Positions 8,950-18,031 are shown, counted from the first letter of the stretch. The stretch: DNA of 64,000 nucleotides from Thermoanaerobaculia bacterium (GCA_036558325.1 DATBFU010000153.1:4482-68481); one strand, 5' to 3'. Translations and numbers: made by a program. The notes: a model not told the origin generated them from the letters alone.

Positions 8950-11108
8950 GGCGGCGCCGCTCGTCATCCCGAACCCGAACCCGAGTCCGATCCCGAAACC
9001 GGGTCGTCGGCCGCAACGTCCCGCGCAAGGAGGGAGCGGCGAAGGTCGCCGGCGGCGCCCGCTACGTCGACGACATTTCCTTCCCCGGAATGCTCTGGGG
9101 GCGCACGATCCGATCGGAGATTCCCCGCGGACGGATCCGCGAGGTCCGCCATACGCTCGATCCGGGCTTCGTCGTCGTGGACCATCGCGACATTCCCGGC
9201 CGCAACTTCGTCGCGCTGATCGAGGAGGACCAGCCCTGCCTCGCCGAGCGCGAGATCCGGCACTTCGCCGAACCGGTCGTGCTCCTGGCCCACGCCGACC
9301 GCGACAAGCTCCTCGAGGCGCGGGTGAACGTCGCCTGCGATCGAGAGGAGGCCGTCCTCGATCCCGAGCGCTCGCCGAAGACGTTCAAGGACCTCACGAT
9401 CGCGAAGGGGAATCTCGAGAGCGGGTTCTCCGCCGCGGACGTCGTCGTCGAGGGCGAGTATCGAACCGGACACCAGGAGCAGCTCTATATCGAGCCGAAC
9501 GGCGTCATCGCCGTGCCCGAGAACGGCGGCGTGACGGTGTACGGGTCGCTCCAGTGCCCGTACTACGTCCACCGCGCGCTCAAGATCCTCCTCGCGCTGC
9601 CCGACGAGAAAGTGCGCGTCGTCCAGACGGAGACCGGCGGCGCCTTCGGCGGCAAGGAGGAGTACCCGTCGATGATCGCGGGCCACGCGGCCCTGCTCGC
9701 GTTGAAGGCGAAGCGCCCCGTCAAAATCGTCTACGACCGCGCCGAGGACATGGTCGCGACGACCAAGCGCCACCCGGCGATCATCCGGCACCGGACCGGC
9801 GTCGCGAAGGACGGCCGCCTCACGGCGATCGACGTGGACATCCTGATGGACGGCGGCGCGTATGCCACGCTCTCGGCCGTCGTCCTCTCGCGCGCCGCGA
9901 TCCACGCGGCCGGCCCCTACCGCTGCGCGAACGTCCGTATCCGCGCGCGGTCCGTCATGACGAACACCCCGCCCAACGGCGCGTTCCGGGGTTTCGGGGC
10001 GCCGCAGTCGCAGTTCGCCGCCGAAGTCCACATGGAGCGGATCGCGGAGGCGCTGCGGATGGATCCGGTGAAGCTGCGCGAGCGGAACGCGCTGCGTCCG
10101 GGCGACGAGACGCCGACCGGGCAGAAGCTCGGAAAGGACACGAGCGCGCTCGCGGTGCTGCGAGAGGCCGTGCACCGCAGCGGCTTCCATCGCAAGCGCC
10201 GCGCCTGGGCCGGCAGCAACCGCGGGATCGGACTTGCCCTCTTCTTCCACGGCTCGGGCTTCACGGGCTCGGGCGAGGTGAAGCTCGCTTCGAAGGCCGC
10301 GCTCGAGCTGACCGAGACGGGCGCGCGCATCCTCGTCGCGTCGACCGAGATGGGCCAGGGCACGCGGACGATGCACGCCCAGATCGTCGCCGAAGCGCTC
10401 GGCATCCCCTACGAGGGGATCGAGGTCGCCGACGCCGACACCGCGTCCGTGCCCGACAGCGGGCCGACCGTCGCTTCGCGCACCTGCATGGTCGTCGGAA
10501 AGATCCTGGAGGACTGCGCCGAGGAGATGAAGGCGCGCCTCGGGAAGATGACGCCGCGCGAGTACCTGCGGCGCCACGGTCCGCTCCGGGTCACGAAGGA
10601 GTACCGGCGGCCGCCCGGCATGCGGTGGAGCGAGGAGACCTCCCGCGGCGACGCGTACGGCGCATACGGGTGGGGCTGCGACGTCGCCGAGATCGAGCGC
10701 GATCCGGTCACGGGCGAGATCCGGCCGCTCCGACTGACCGCGGTGCAGGAGTTCGGCCGGGCGATCCACCCGATCCTGGCGAAGGGCCAGATCGAGGGCG
10801 GCACGGCGCAGGGGATCGGCTGGGCGCTTCTCGAGGACGTCGCGATGCGCGAGGGCCGGATGGCGAACGCGCAGCTGACGAATTATCTGGTTCCGACCAC
10901 CGCCGACACGCCCGCGATCGACGCGGTGATCCTCGACAACCCTTACCCGCACGGCCCGTTCGGCGCCAAGGGCGTCGGCGAGCTGCCGATCGACGGCCCC
11001 GCGCCGGCGATCGTCAACGCGATCCGGCACCTCGGATTCGACGCGCGGTCGATTCCGGCGACCCCGGAGCGTCTCCTCGACGCGGGCGCGCGGGACGTTT
11101 CGCCATGA
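8946..11108 (+). CDS. Xanthine dehydrogenase family, molybdopterin-binding large subunit
   Basis: VVGRNVPRKEGAAKVAGGARYVDDI at the N-terminus, plus ETGGAFGGKEEY, NGAFRGFGAPQ and FGAKGVGELP. These positions correspond to the Glu/Arg/Glu substrate and catalytic residues of xanthine-specific enzymes. GTG 8946 overlaps the preA-like stop (GTGA). Confidence 0.85.
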   Translation: MRRRRSSSRTRTRVRSRNRVVGRNVPRKEGAAKVAGGARYVDDISFPGMLWGRTIRSEIPRGRIREVRHTLDPGFVVVDHRDIPGRNFVALIEEDQPCLAEREIRHFAEPVVLLAHADRDKLLEARVNVACDREEAVLDPERSPKTFKDLTIAKGNLESGFSAADVVVEGEYRTGHQEQLYIEPNGVIAVPENGGVTVYGSLQCPYYVHRALKILLALPDEKVRVVQTETGGAFGGKEEYPSMIAGHAALLALKAKRPVKIVYDRAEDMVATTKRHPAIIRHRTGVAKDGRLTAIDVDILMDGGAYATLSAVVLSRAAIHAAGPYRCANVRIRARSVMTNTPPNGAFRGFGAPQSQFAAEVHMERIAEALRMDPVKLRERNALRPGDETPTGQKLGKDTSALAVLREAVHRSGFHRKRRAWAGSNRGIGLALFFHGSGFTGSGEVKLASKAALELTETGARILVASTEMGQGTRTMHAQIVAEALGIPYEGIEVADADTASVPDSGPTVASRTCMVVGKILEDCAEEMKARLGKMTPREYLRRHGPLRVTKEYRRPPGMRWSEETSRGDAYGAYGWGCDVAEIERDPVTGEIRPLRLTAVQEFGRAIHPILAKGQIEGGTAQGIGWALLEDVAMREGRMANAQLTNYLVPTTADTPAIDAVILDNPYPHGPFGAKGVGELPIDGPAPAIVNAIRHLGFDARSIPATPERLLDAGARDVSP

Positions 11109-11542
11109 GGCTCACCGTCAATGGGCGGCGCGTGAACGTCGCGGCGCCCCCGATGAAGCGGCTCCTCGACGTGCTGCGCGAAGAGTGCGGCCTCACCGGC
11201 GCGAAGGAGGGCTGCGGCGAGGGCGAGTGCGGCGCGTGCACGGTGCTGCTCGACGGCGCGCCCGTCGTCTCGTGTCTCGTGCCGTTCGCGCAGGCGCGCG
11301 GCGCGCGCGTCACGACGATCGAGGGTCTGCGCGGCCGCGAGGCGCTCCAGCGCGCGTTCGTGACCGAGGGCGGCGCGCAGTGCGGCATCTGCACGCCCGG
11401 GATGATCCTCGCCGCCGCGGCCCTGCCGAAAAAGGCGTCGAAGGAAGACGTGCGATTCGGGCTCGCGGGAAATCTGTGCCGGTGCACCGGCTACACCGGC
11501 ATCTATCGCGCGATCCGGAAGGCCGCCTCGAAGGGACGATGA
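11105..11542 (+). CDS. Xanthine dehydrogenase family, (2Fe-2S)-binding small subunit
   Basis: CGEGECGACTV plus CGICTPG...CRCTGY give two [2Fe-2S] motifs. There is an ATGA overlap with the large subunit. Confidence 0.9.
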   Translation: MRLTVNGRRVNVAAPPMKRLLDVLREECGLTGAKEGCGEGECGACTVLLDGAPVVSCLVPFAQARGARVTTIEGLRGREALQRAFVTEGGAQCGICTPGMILAAAALPKKASKEDVRFGLAGNLCRCTGYTGIYRAIRKAASKGR

Positions 11543-12363
11543 GAAGCGCGCTCTCCCGTCTCACGCTTCTCGAGCCCCGGACGCTGACCGACGCGCTTCG
11601 GATGCTCCGCGACGAAGGTCCCCTCACCCCGCTCGCCGGCTGCACGGACGTTTACGTGAACCTCAACTCCGGGACGGGCCCGAACGGACGCTTTCTGAAC
11701 CTCTGGCCGCTCGACGCGCTTCGAGGCATTCGCCGCCGCGGCGCGGCGCTCTCGATCGGCGCGCTGACGACCTATACCGACCTCCGGCGCTCGCCGCTCG
11801 TCGGCCGGCACGTGCCGATGCTCGCCGCGGCCGCGCGCGAAGTGGGCGGCGTCCAGATCCAGAACCGCGGGACGATCGGCGGCAACGTCGTGAACGCGTC
11901 GCCGGCGGGGGACACGCTGCCCGTGCTCGCCGCGGCCGACGCGACGCTCGTGCTCGGGAGCGCCTCCGGCCGCCGCCGCGTGCCGTTCGCGGCCTTCTAC
12001 ACCGGATATCGGAAGACGGCCCTCCGGCCCGACGAGCTCCTCCTCGCGGTCGAGATCCCGCCGGTCGCGGGCCGGCAGCTCTTCCGCAAGGTGGGCACGC
12101 GGGCCGCGCAGGCGATCTCGAAAGTCGTCATGGCTGCCGTTCTCGGACCCGCGGTGCGCATCGCCCTCGGGAGCGTCGGGCCGACGGTCCTCCGCGCGCG
12201 CCGGACCGAAGAGCTTCTCGCTTCCGGCGCGTCGATCGCCGACGCGCGGCGCGCGCTCCTCGAGGAGATCGCGCCGATCGACGACCTGCGTTCGACGGCG
12301 GAGTACCGGCGCCGCGTGTGCGGCAACCTTCTCGAGCATTTCTGGCGCGGGTCGCGCGCGTGA
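11539..12363 (+). CDS. Xanthine dehydrogenase family, FAD-binding (CoxM/PucC-like) subunit
   Basis: LAGCTDVYVNLN and NRGTIGGNVVNASPAGD motifs of the FAD-binding PCMH fold. There is an ATGA overlap with the Fe-S subunit. Confidence 0.85.
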   Translation: MRSALSRLTLLEPRTLTDALRMLRDEGPLTPLAGCTDVYVNLNSGTGPNGRFLNLWPLDALRGIRRRGAALSIGALTTYTDLRRSPLVGRHVPMLAAAAREVGGVQIQNRGTIGGNVVNASPAGDTLPVLAAADATLVLGSASGRRRVPFAAFYTGYRKTALRPDELLLAVEIPPVAGRQLFRKVGTRAAQAISKVVMAAVLGPAVRIALGSVGPTVLRARRTEELLASGASIADARRALLEEIAPIDDLRSTAEYRRRVCGNLLEHFWRGSRA

Positions 12364-13709
12364 AGACGACGCTCTCGGCGGAGGCCCTGTCGCCGATCCT
12401 CGAAAGCCTCCGCAAGGCCAACGCGGTGCTGGCCGCGCGCTATCCCGGCGAGTCCTCTCGCCGGCAGCCGGTCCACACGGTCTACGGCGGCGCCCAGGTC
12501 TTTCAAGCGGACACCGCGCCGCGGCTCGGGGCGCTCGCGCTCCGCGCGCTCGAGGAGTACGCGTCGGGCCCGGCCGCCTTCGCCGCCGCCGCGGGCATTC
12601 CCGAAGCGCTCGCCTCCCGCGTGCACGCGCGCGTCCTCGAGAAGCTCCGGCGCGAGCCGGTCGAGGACTTCCGGATCGATTTCGAGGACGGGTACGGCAA
12701 CCGGCCCGACGCCGAGGAGGACGGCCACGCGATTGCCGCGGCGGACGCGGCGGCCGCCGGGCTCGCCGCCGGGACCCTGCCGCCGGCGATCGGCATCCGC
12801 ATCAAGCCTTTCACCGAGGAGCTGAAGCGCCGGAGCCTCCGCACGCTCGATCTCTTTCTGACCGAACTGCTCGACCGCGCCGGCCGGCTTCCGGACGACT
12901 TCGTCGTGACGCTTCCCAAAGTGACCGTGCCCGAGCAGGTCTGGGCGCTCGCGGATGTCTTCGACCGCTTCGAGCGGCGCCGGAAACTCGCGCCCGGAAC
13001 GCTCCGGCTCGAGCTCATGTTCGAAACGCCGCAGGCCATTTTCGGCGAGCGCGGCGAAATCGCGGTGCTTCGTCTCGTCGAGGCGGGGCGAGGCCGGTGC
13101 GCCGCCGCGCACTTCGGGACCTACGACTACACGGCGTCGCTCCAGATCACCGCGGCGCACCAGCACATGGCGCACCCGGCGTGCGATTTCGCGAAGCACG
13201 CGATCCAAGTCGCGCTCGCGGGGACGGGCGTCTGGCTCTCCGACGGCGCGACGAACGTCCTCCCGGTTCCGATCCACCGCGTCGCGAAGGGGGAAAAAGG
13301 CACGGAGGCCCAGCGGCGGGAGAACCGCGAGGCCGTGCACGCGGCGTGGCGCCTGCACTTCGGGCACGTCCGGCGCTCTCTCGAGAACGCCTACTACCAG
13401 GGCTGGGATCTGCACCCGGCGCAGCTGCCGACGCGCTACGCCGCCGTGTTCTCGTTCTTCCTCGAGGGGCTCGACGCCGCCTCGGCGCGCTTGCGCAACT
13501 TCGTCGAGAAGGCCGGGCAGGCGACGCTCGTCGGCGAGGTGTTCGACGACGCGGCGACCGGCCAGGGTCTCCTCAACTACTTCCTGCGCGCGCTCCAATG
13601 CGGCGCGATGACGGAGGCCGAGGCCGTCGAGAAGAGCGGCCTGACGCTCGAGGAGCTGCGCAGCCGGTCCTTCGTCAAGATCCTGAAGACGCGGCACGGG
13701 CCGACATGA
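12360..13709 (+). CDS. CitE/HpcH-like (TIM-barrel lyase/aldolase superfamily) protein of unknown function
   Basis: 450 aa. FRIDFEDGYG and RLELMFETPQAI resemble, from memory, the DxEDx and xxETxx metal/substrate motifs of citrate-lyase-beta / malyl-CoA-lyase-type enzymes. GTG 12360 overlaps the FAD-subunit stop (GTGA). Coding is confident, function is not. Confidence 0.6.
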   Translation: MKTTLSAEALSPILESLRKANAVLAARYPGESSRRQPVHTVYGGAQVFQADTAPRLGALALRALEEYASGPAAFAAAAGIPEALASRVHARVLEKLRREPVEDFRIDFEDGYGNRPDAEEDGHAIAAADAAAAGLAAGTLPPAIGIRIKPFTEELKRRSLRTLDLFLTELLDRAGRLPDDFVVTLPKVTVPEQVWALADVFDRFERRRKLAPGTLRLELMFETPQAIFGERGEIAVLRLVEAGRGRCAAAHFGTYDYTASLQITAAHQHMAHPACDFAKHAIQVALAGTGVWLSDGATNVLPVPIHRVAKGEKGTEAQRRENREAVHAAWRLHFGHVRRSLENAYYQGWDLHPAQLPTRYAAVFSFFLEGLDAASARLRNFVEKAGQATLVGEVFDDAATGQGLLNYFLRALQCGAMTEAEAVEKSGLTLEELRSRSFVKILKTRHGPT

Positions 13710-13737
13710 TCGGATTGCCGGGAGCGCGGGAGGAAGC

Positions 13738-13926
13738 ATGAACCGGAACCGGGCGTGGCTCATTCTCATCGCCGGAATCGTTCTCTTCGTGGTGTTCGAG
13801 CTGCGGGAGGAGCCCGGCAAGCCGCTCTCGAAGATCGCGCTCGAGCTCGCCGAGGACGTCCCTCTCATCCTGATGAGCGCGGGCGCCGCGCTCCTCCTCG
13901 CTTTCGGCGGCCGCCGCGGCGATTAG
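13738..13926 (+). CDS. Small two-helix membrane protein (62 aa), hypothetical
   Basis: Two hydrophobic stretches (WLILIAGIVLFVVF and LILMSAGAALLLAF) and a GGGAGGA Shine-Dalgarno upstream. It is the last ORF of the long plus-strand gene string. Confidence 0.4.
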   Translation: MNRNRAWLILIAGIVLFVVFELREEPGKPLSKIALELAEDVPLILMSAGAALLLAFGGRRGD

Positions 13927-14796
13927 TCAGGAGCGGGCGGGCGGCGCCGTCCGATGAACGGCGGCCTCGATGAGGCCGTAGGGCTCCTCGGTCGCAACGA
14001 AGACGGCGTTCGCGTTCGAGATCCCGAACGGCGAGAGGTCCACCGGCAGGTGGTGCTTGTTCGGCATCGTGAGCCGGATCTCGCGCACCTCCGCATGACG
14101 CTCGAGGACGGCCTCGCCCATCGCGTAGAGGGTGTGCTGCACCGAGCGGCTCTCGTGCTCGGCGAACGTCTCGAGGAGCGTCTGGCGGATCCCGGCGCGG
14201 AGCGCGGCGAACGAGAGGTCGGCGGCGTCGCATTCGTACGTCCAGATCGCCCGCAGCGCGGTCGCGAGCAGCCGGTCGTCGGTGTCGCGGAGCGTCGTGA
14301 ACCGGTCGCGCGCGAACCCGGAGAACCCCGACCGCGCCGTCTTCAGGATCACGAGGTCTCCGAGGCCGGCTTCGATCGACGCTTCGCCGCTCTCCGCGCG
14401 GCCGCACGTCGCCGCCGCGAGCCGCGCCTCGCCGCCCGGCCGGCGGAACGCCGATCCGTGCGGCCGGCCGCCCGCCTCGATCCGCTCCCACGGCCGCTCG
14501 GCGATCTCGACCCGCGCGAGCGAGACCGGCGCGTGCGTCTCGACGAAATGCCGCGCCAGGCGAAGCGCGAAGGCCTCGATCGGCTCGAGGGACCTCTCCG
14601 CCGCCATCGCGTAGACCGTGTTCTTCATCGTGTCGGTCGGAAGCACGGCCGCGTTGTCGCCGGCGAGATGCGCCGCGCCGAAGTCGCCTTCGAGCCGCAC
14701 CGACACGGCCAGGTCCTGCACGTCGTGCCGGTCGCCATGCCGCGACACCTGGACGAGCCGGATTCCGGACTTGCCGTAGGAGTTGGCGCCGAGCAT
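13927..14796 (-). CDS. pucL: Factor-independent urate hydroxylase (uricase)
   Basis: YGKSGIRLVQVSR...VLPTDTMKNTVYA is the classical uricase N-terminal signature. 289 aa tunnelling-fold length. Confidence 0.9.
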   Translation of the reverse strand: MLGANSYGKSGIRLVQVSRHGDRHDVQDLAVSVRLEGDFGAAHLAGDNAAVLPTDTMKNTVYAMAAERSLEPIEAFALRLARHFVETHAPVSLARVEIAERPWERIEAGGRPHGSAFRRPGGEARLAAATCGRAESGEASIEAGLGDLVILKTARSGFSGFARDRFTTLRDTDDRLLATALRAIWTYECDAADLSFAALRAGIRQTLLETFAEHESRSVQHTLYAMGEAVLERHAEVREIRLTMPNKHHLPVDLSPFGISNANAVFVATEEPYGLIEAAVHRTAPPARS

Positions 14797-14810
14797 CGGA
14801 CGGACTCGGC

Positions 14811-15152
14811 TCAGCTTCCCCGGTAGGTCGAATATCCGAACGGCGAGAGAAGGAGCGGGACGTGATGGTGCGGCGCGAGATCGCGCACCTCGAACACGAC
14901 CCGCACCTCGGGATAGAAGCCCTTCATGTTCGAAGCGAGGAAATAGGCGCCGGTGTCGAAAGAGACGCGATAGACGCCGCGCGGCACCTGCGACTTCGAA
15001 GCGAGGAGGCTCGCGCGCCCGTCGCCGTCGGTCGCGCTCCGCGCGATCTCACGCCAGCCGCCGTCGTCGGACCGGACCTCGAGCACGACCGGCACCCCGC
15101 CGGCCGGCTTGCCGCGAGACGTGTCGAGCACGTGGGTCGTGATGCCGCTCAT
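14811..15152 (-). CDS. uraH: 5-hydroxyisourate hydrolase
   Basis: 113 aa transthyretin-like protein starting ITTHVLDTSRGKPA and ending with the HIUase signature YSTYRGS. Confidence 0.9.
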   Translation of the reverse strand: MSGITTHVLDTSRGKPAGGVPVVLEVRSDDGGWREIARSATDGDGRASLLASKSQVPRGVYRVSFDTGAYFLASNMKGFYPEVRVVFEVRDLAPHHHVPLLLSPFGYSTYRGS

Positions 15153-15634
15153 TGTCCGAACGCTCCTCCCAGACGGAGTCGCGTGATCTTACGCTGCTCG
15201 GCCGCGGCGATGCGGAGCTCCAGGGCGCGGTCGTTCGACAGCCGCTTCTCGAGCTCCTCGACCATCTCGGCCGCGCTCTTGCCCGTCGCGCAGATCAGGA
15301 AAACGTGGCCGAACCGCGACTCGTAGCGCCGGTTTCCGGCCGCGAGCGCCGCGAGGACCTCCGGCGGCGCCGACCGGGTCGCGACCTGCTCGCGAGCGGC
15401 GCGGCCCGTGGCCTTCGGGTCGCCGATCCGCGGGTGCGCGCGAAACGCTTCCAGCCAGTCCTCGCGCGTCAGCTCCCCCCAGACGCGCTCGGCGGTCTCG
15501 CGGAGGTGATCCAGGTCGCGGAACGGGCGCTCCTCCGCCATCCGCCGGGCCCACGCCGTCGAGCCGCAGCACGCGAGAAGCTCGGCCTGGGCCTCTTCCG
15601 CTCCGAGCCCGTTCAGCCGCTCGACGCCGGTCAT
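15149..15634 (-). CDS. uraD: OHCU (2-oxo-4-hydroxy-4-carboxy-5-ureidoimidazoline) decarboxylase
   Basis: 161 aa with AHPRIGD and FGHVFLICATGKSA motifs. There are ATGA overlaps on both sides. It is the C-terminal part of track ORF 15149..16717. Confidence 0.85.
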   Translation of the reverse strand: MTGVERLNGLGAEEAQAELLACCGSTAWARRMAEERPFRDLDHLRETAERVWGELTREDWLEAFRAHPRIGDPKATGRAAREQVATRSAPPEVLAALAAGNRRYESRFGHVFLICATGKSAAEMVEELEKRLSNDRALELRIAAAEQRKITRLRLGGAFGQ

Positions 15635-16653
15635 CCGGAGGGCCTCCGCGCGGGCTCGCCGAAGAGGCGGAGCCTCGCGACGCCGCCGTCGGGAAAGATG
15701 TTGAGACGAACGTGCGTCACGGCGCCGACGTCCCGGACCTCGCCGCGGAGCTCGCGCACGGCGTCGGGCCGGAGCGCCGTCCGCGGCAGGATCTCGCGCC
15801 ACGGCGCCGAGGCGAGCGCGAGGTCGTCGACCGAAGTCTCGGGCGCGCGAATCCCCTCGATCGAAGCTTCGCCGGGCGCGTTTCCCTTGAAGTAGCTCGT
15901 GTCGAGAACGATCCGGCGCACGACGCCCTCGGCGCCGAGCCGGACGATCGCCCAGTCGTGCCCCGGCCCGCGGCGGCGCCGCGTCTCCCAGCCGTCTCGC
16001 ATGCTCCGCGGCGGCCCGGGGAAGACGAGATTGTGGCGGTTGCCGAAATGCATGTCGCTCGCCGCCACGACGAGGCCGCCGTTCTCGGCCGCCGCCAGGT
16101 CGATTTCCCCCTGCCGCCCGAGCCGCTCCCAGTCGGGGATCGCCGCGCCGAAGAGCCGCAAGCGCGCGACGCCGCCGTCCGGAAAGATGTGCAGGCGGAC
16201 GTGCGTGGCGCGCCGGCCGGCGAGCGCCGGAAACGCGTTCTCGAAGTCGGGCGCGAGCAGGATCTTGGGCAGGATCTCGAACCAGACCGTGCCCTCCAGC
16301 GCGGCCGCCCGAGGATCGCCGGCCGCCTCGCACGCCTCGATCGCGCAGGCCTCGGGCGCGTTTCCCACGAAGTGGCGCGTGTCCACGACGACGCCGCGGA
16401 TCTCGCCGGGAAGACCGAGGCGGACGACGCACCAATCGTGGCCGGGCTCGCGACGGCGACGCGTCTCCCAGCCGTCCATCCACTTGCCGCGGTCGGTGTA
16501 CTCGTCTTCCCGGAAGACGGGGCGCGACGTCTTGAGCAGGTTCTCCTTCGGCGCGAAAAACTCGTCGTTGGCGGCGAGCGCCGTCCCGCCGACCCGTTCG
16601 GAGGCGAGATCGATGAGATCGGAGAACGCCGAAGGGTCGAGGACCGTCGTCAT
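15631..16653 (-). CDS. alc: Allantoicase
   Basis: Internal duplication with DGWETRRRREPGHDWCVVRLG and DGWETRRRRGPGHDWAIVRLG, the allantoicase repeat pair. ATG 16653 overlaps the allB stop. Confidence 0.9.
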   Translation of the reverse strand: MTTVLDPSAFSDLIDLASERVGGTALAANDEFFAPKENLLKTSRPVFREDEYTDRGKWMDGWETRRRREPGHDWCVVRLGLPGEIRGVVVDTRHFVGNAPEACAIEACEAAGDPRAAALEGTVWFEILPKILLAPDFENAFPALAGRRATHVRLHIFPDGGVARLRLFGAAIPDWERLGRQGEIDLAAAENGGLVVAASDMHFGNRHNLVFPGPPRSMRDGWETRRRRGPGHDWAIVRLGAEGVVRRIVLDTSYFKGNAPGEASIEGIRAPETSVDDLALASAPWREILPRTALRPDAVRELRGEVRDVGAVTHVRLNIFPDGGVARLRLFGEPARRPSG

Positions 16654-18008
16654 CGCGCGCGCAGAATCTCGCCCCGCGGCGGCCCGATGAAACATCCCAT
16701 CTCGTAGATTTTCTCACCCCGCAGGTAAGTCGCCTCGACCCGGCCGAAGAGTGTGCGGCCCGCGTACGGCGTCAGCTTGTGCCTTTGATGGAGCGCCTCC
16801 GGGCGGACTTCGAACGATTCCTCGGGGCGCCAGACCACGAAGTCCGCGTCGAAGCCGGGCGCGAGCGACCCCTTCCGCGCGCCGAGTCCCGCGAGCCGGG
16901 CCGGCCCCGACGCCATCCATGCCGCGAGCGCCGCGACGCCGACGCCGCGGTGCCGCGCCGCGCTCCAGACGGCCGGCAGCGCGAGCTCGAGCGAAGAGAT
17001 GCCGCCCCAGGCGCCCGAGAAGTCGCCGTCGCCGCGGCGCTTGCCTTCGGGCGGCGACGGCGAGTGGTCCGACACCACCATGTCGATCCGCCCTTCGCCG
17101 AGCGCCTTCCAGAGGCGCTCGCGGTTCTCGCGCTTTCGGATCGGCGGCGCGCACTTGAACTCGGTCGCGCCCGGCGGGATCCCCTCGGCGTCGAAGGAGA
17201 GATAGTGGGGGCAGGTCTCCGCGGTGACGGGAAGCCCCTCGCCGCGCGCGCGGTCGAGCTGCGGGAGCGCGTCGGCGGCGGAGAGATGGACGACGTGGAC
17301 GGGCGTCCGGTATTCCGCACACAGCCGGGCCAGAAGCGCGATCGCCGCGTTCTCGGCGGCCGGCGGCCGCGACGCGAGCCAGGCGCCGTGGTCGCGCGCC
17401 CCGGGGGCGCAGATGCCCAGATGCGCGCCGTCCTCGGCGTGCGCCAGGAGCACGGCTCCGGACGCCGCGAGCGCGGGCATCGCGGCGCGCAGCTCCGCCT
17501 CGCCGACGGCGGCGAACTCGTCGACGCCCGACGGAGCGAGGAAGCACTTGAAGCCCGGGACGCCGCGCGCGGACATCGCCGCGATCTCTCCCGCGTTGCC
17601 GGGCACGACGCCGCCCCAGAACCCGACGTCCACGGTGCATTGGCCGGCCGCCGCGGCGCGCTTCGCTTCCAGGCCGGCCACCGACGTCGTCGGCGGGATG
17701 CTGTTGAGCGGCATGTCGAAGATCGTCGTCACGCCGCCGGCCGCCGCGGCGCGTGTCGCCGACGCGAACCCTTCCCACTCCGTCCGGCCCGGCTCGTTGA
17801 CGTGCACGTGCGTGTCCACGAGCCCCGGCAGGACGACGGCGTCCCCGAAGTCGCGGACGTCGGCGCCGGGCGGGGCGTCCTCCGGCGCGCCGGGCACTCC
17901 CACCGCGGCGATCCGGCCGCCGCGGATTCGCAGCGACGCGGGCGTTTCCCCTCCGGGCAGGACTACCCGGCGGCCGCGGACGAAGTATTCGGATTCGTCG
18001 GCGCTCAA
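16650..18008 (-). CDS. allB: Allantoinase
   Basis: Cyclic amidohydrolase with LPGLVDTHVHVNEPGRTEWEGF and DHSP motifs. TTG start at 18008. Confidence 0.9.
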   Translation of the reverse strand: MSADESEYFVRGRRVVLPGGETPASLRIRGGRIAAVGVPGAPEDAPPGADVRDFGDAVVLPGLVDTHVHVNEPGRTEWEGFASATRAAAAGGVTTIFDMPLNSIPPTTSVAGLEAKRAAAAGQCTVDVGFWGGVVPGNAGEIAAMSARGVPGFKCFLAPSGVDEFAAVGEAELRAAMPALAASGAVLLAHAEDGAHLGICAPGARDHGAWLASRPPAAENAAIALLARLCAEYRTPVHVVHLSAADALPQLDRARGEGLPVTAETCPHYLSFDAEGIPPGATEFKCAPPIRKRENRERLWKALGEGRIDMVVSDHSPSPPEGKRRGDGDFSGAWGGISSLELALPAVWSAARHRGVGVAALAAWMASGPARLAGLGARKGSLAPGFDADFVVWRPEESFEVRPEALHQRHKLTPYAGRTLFGRVEATYLRGEKIYEMGCFIGPPRGEILRAR

Positions 18009-18013
18009 GGGCT

Positions 18014-18031
18014 GCCGTCATCTTAGACGGC
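18014..18031. promoter_or_regulatory. Perfect inverted repeat GCCGTC-N6-GACGGC in the 45-bp allB / NCS1 divergent spacer (candidate operator)
   Basis: Read directly from the sequence: gccgtc atctta gacggc. It is the only palindrome in the 18009-18053 spacer. Confidence 0.35.

Noticed and set aside
8946-9010. RRRR-containing N-terminus of the Mo subunit as a Tat signal peptide
   Set aside because: No hydrophobic h-region or AxA cleavage site follows the arginines. XDH-type enzymes of this architecture are cytoplasmic.
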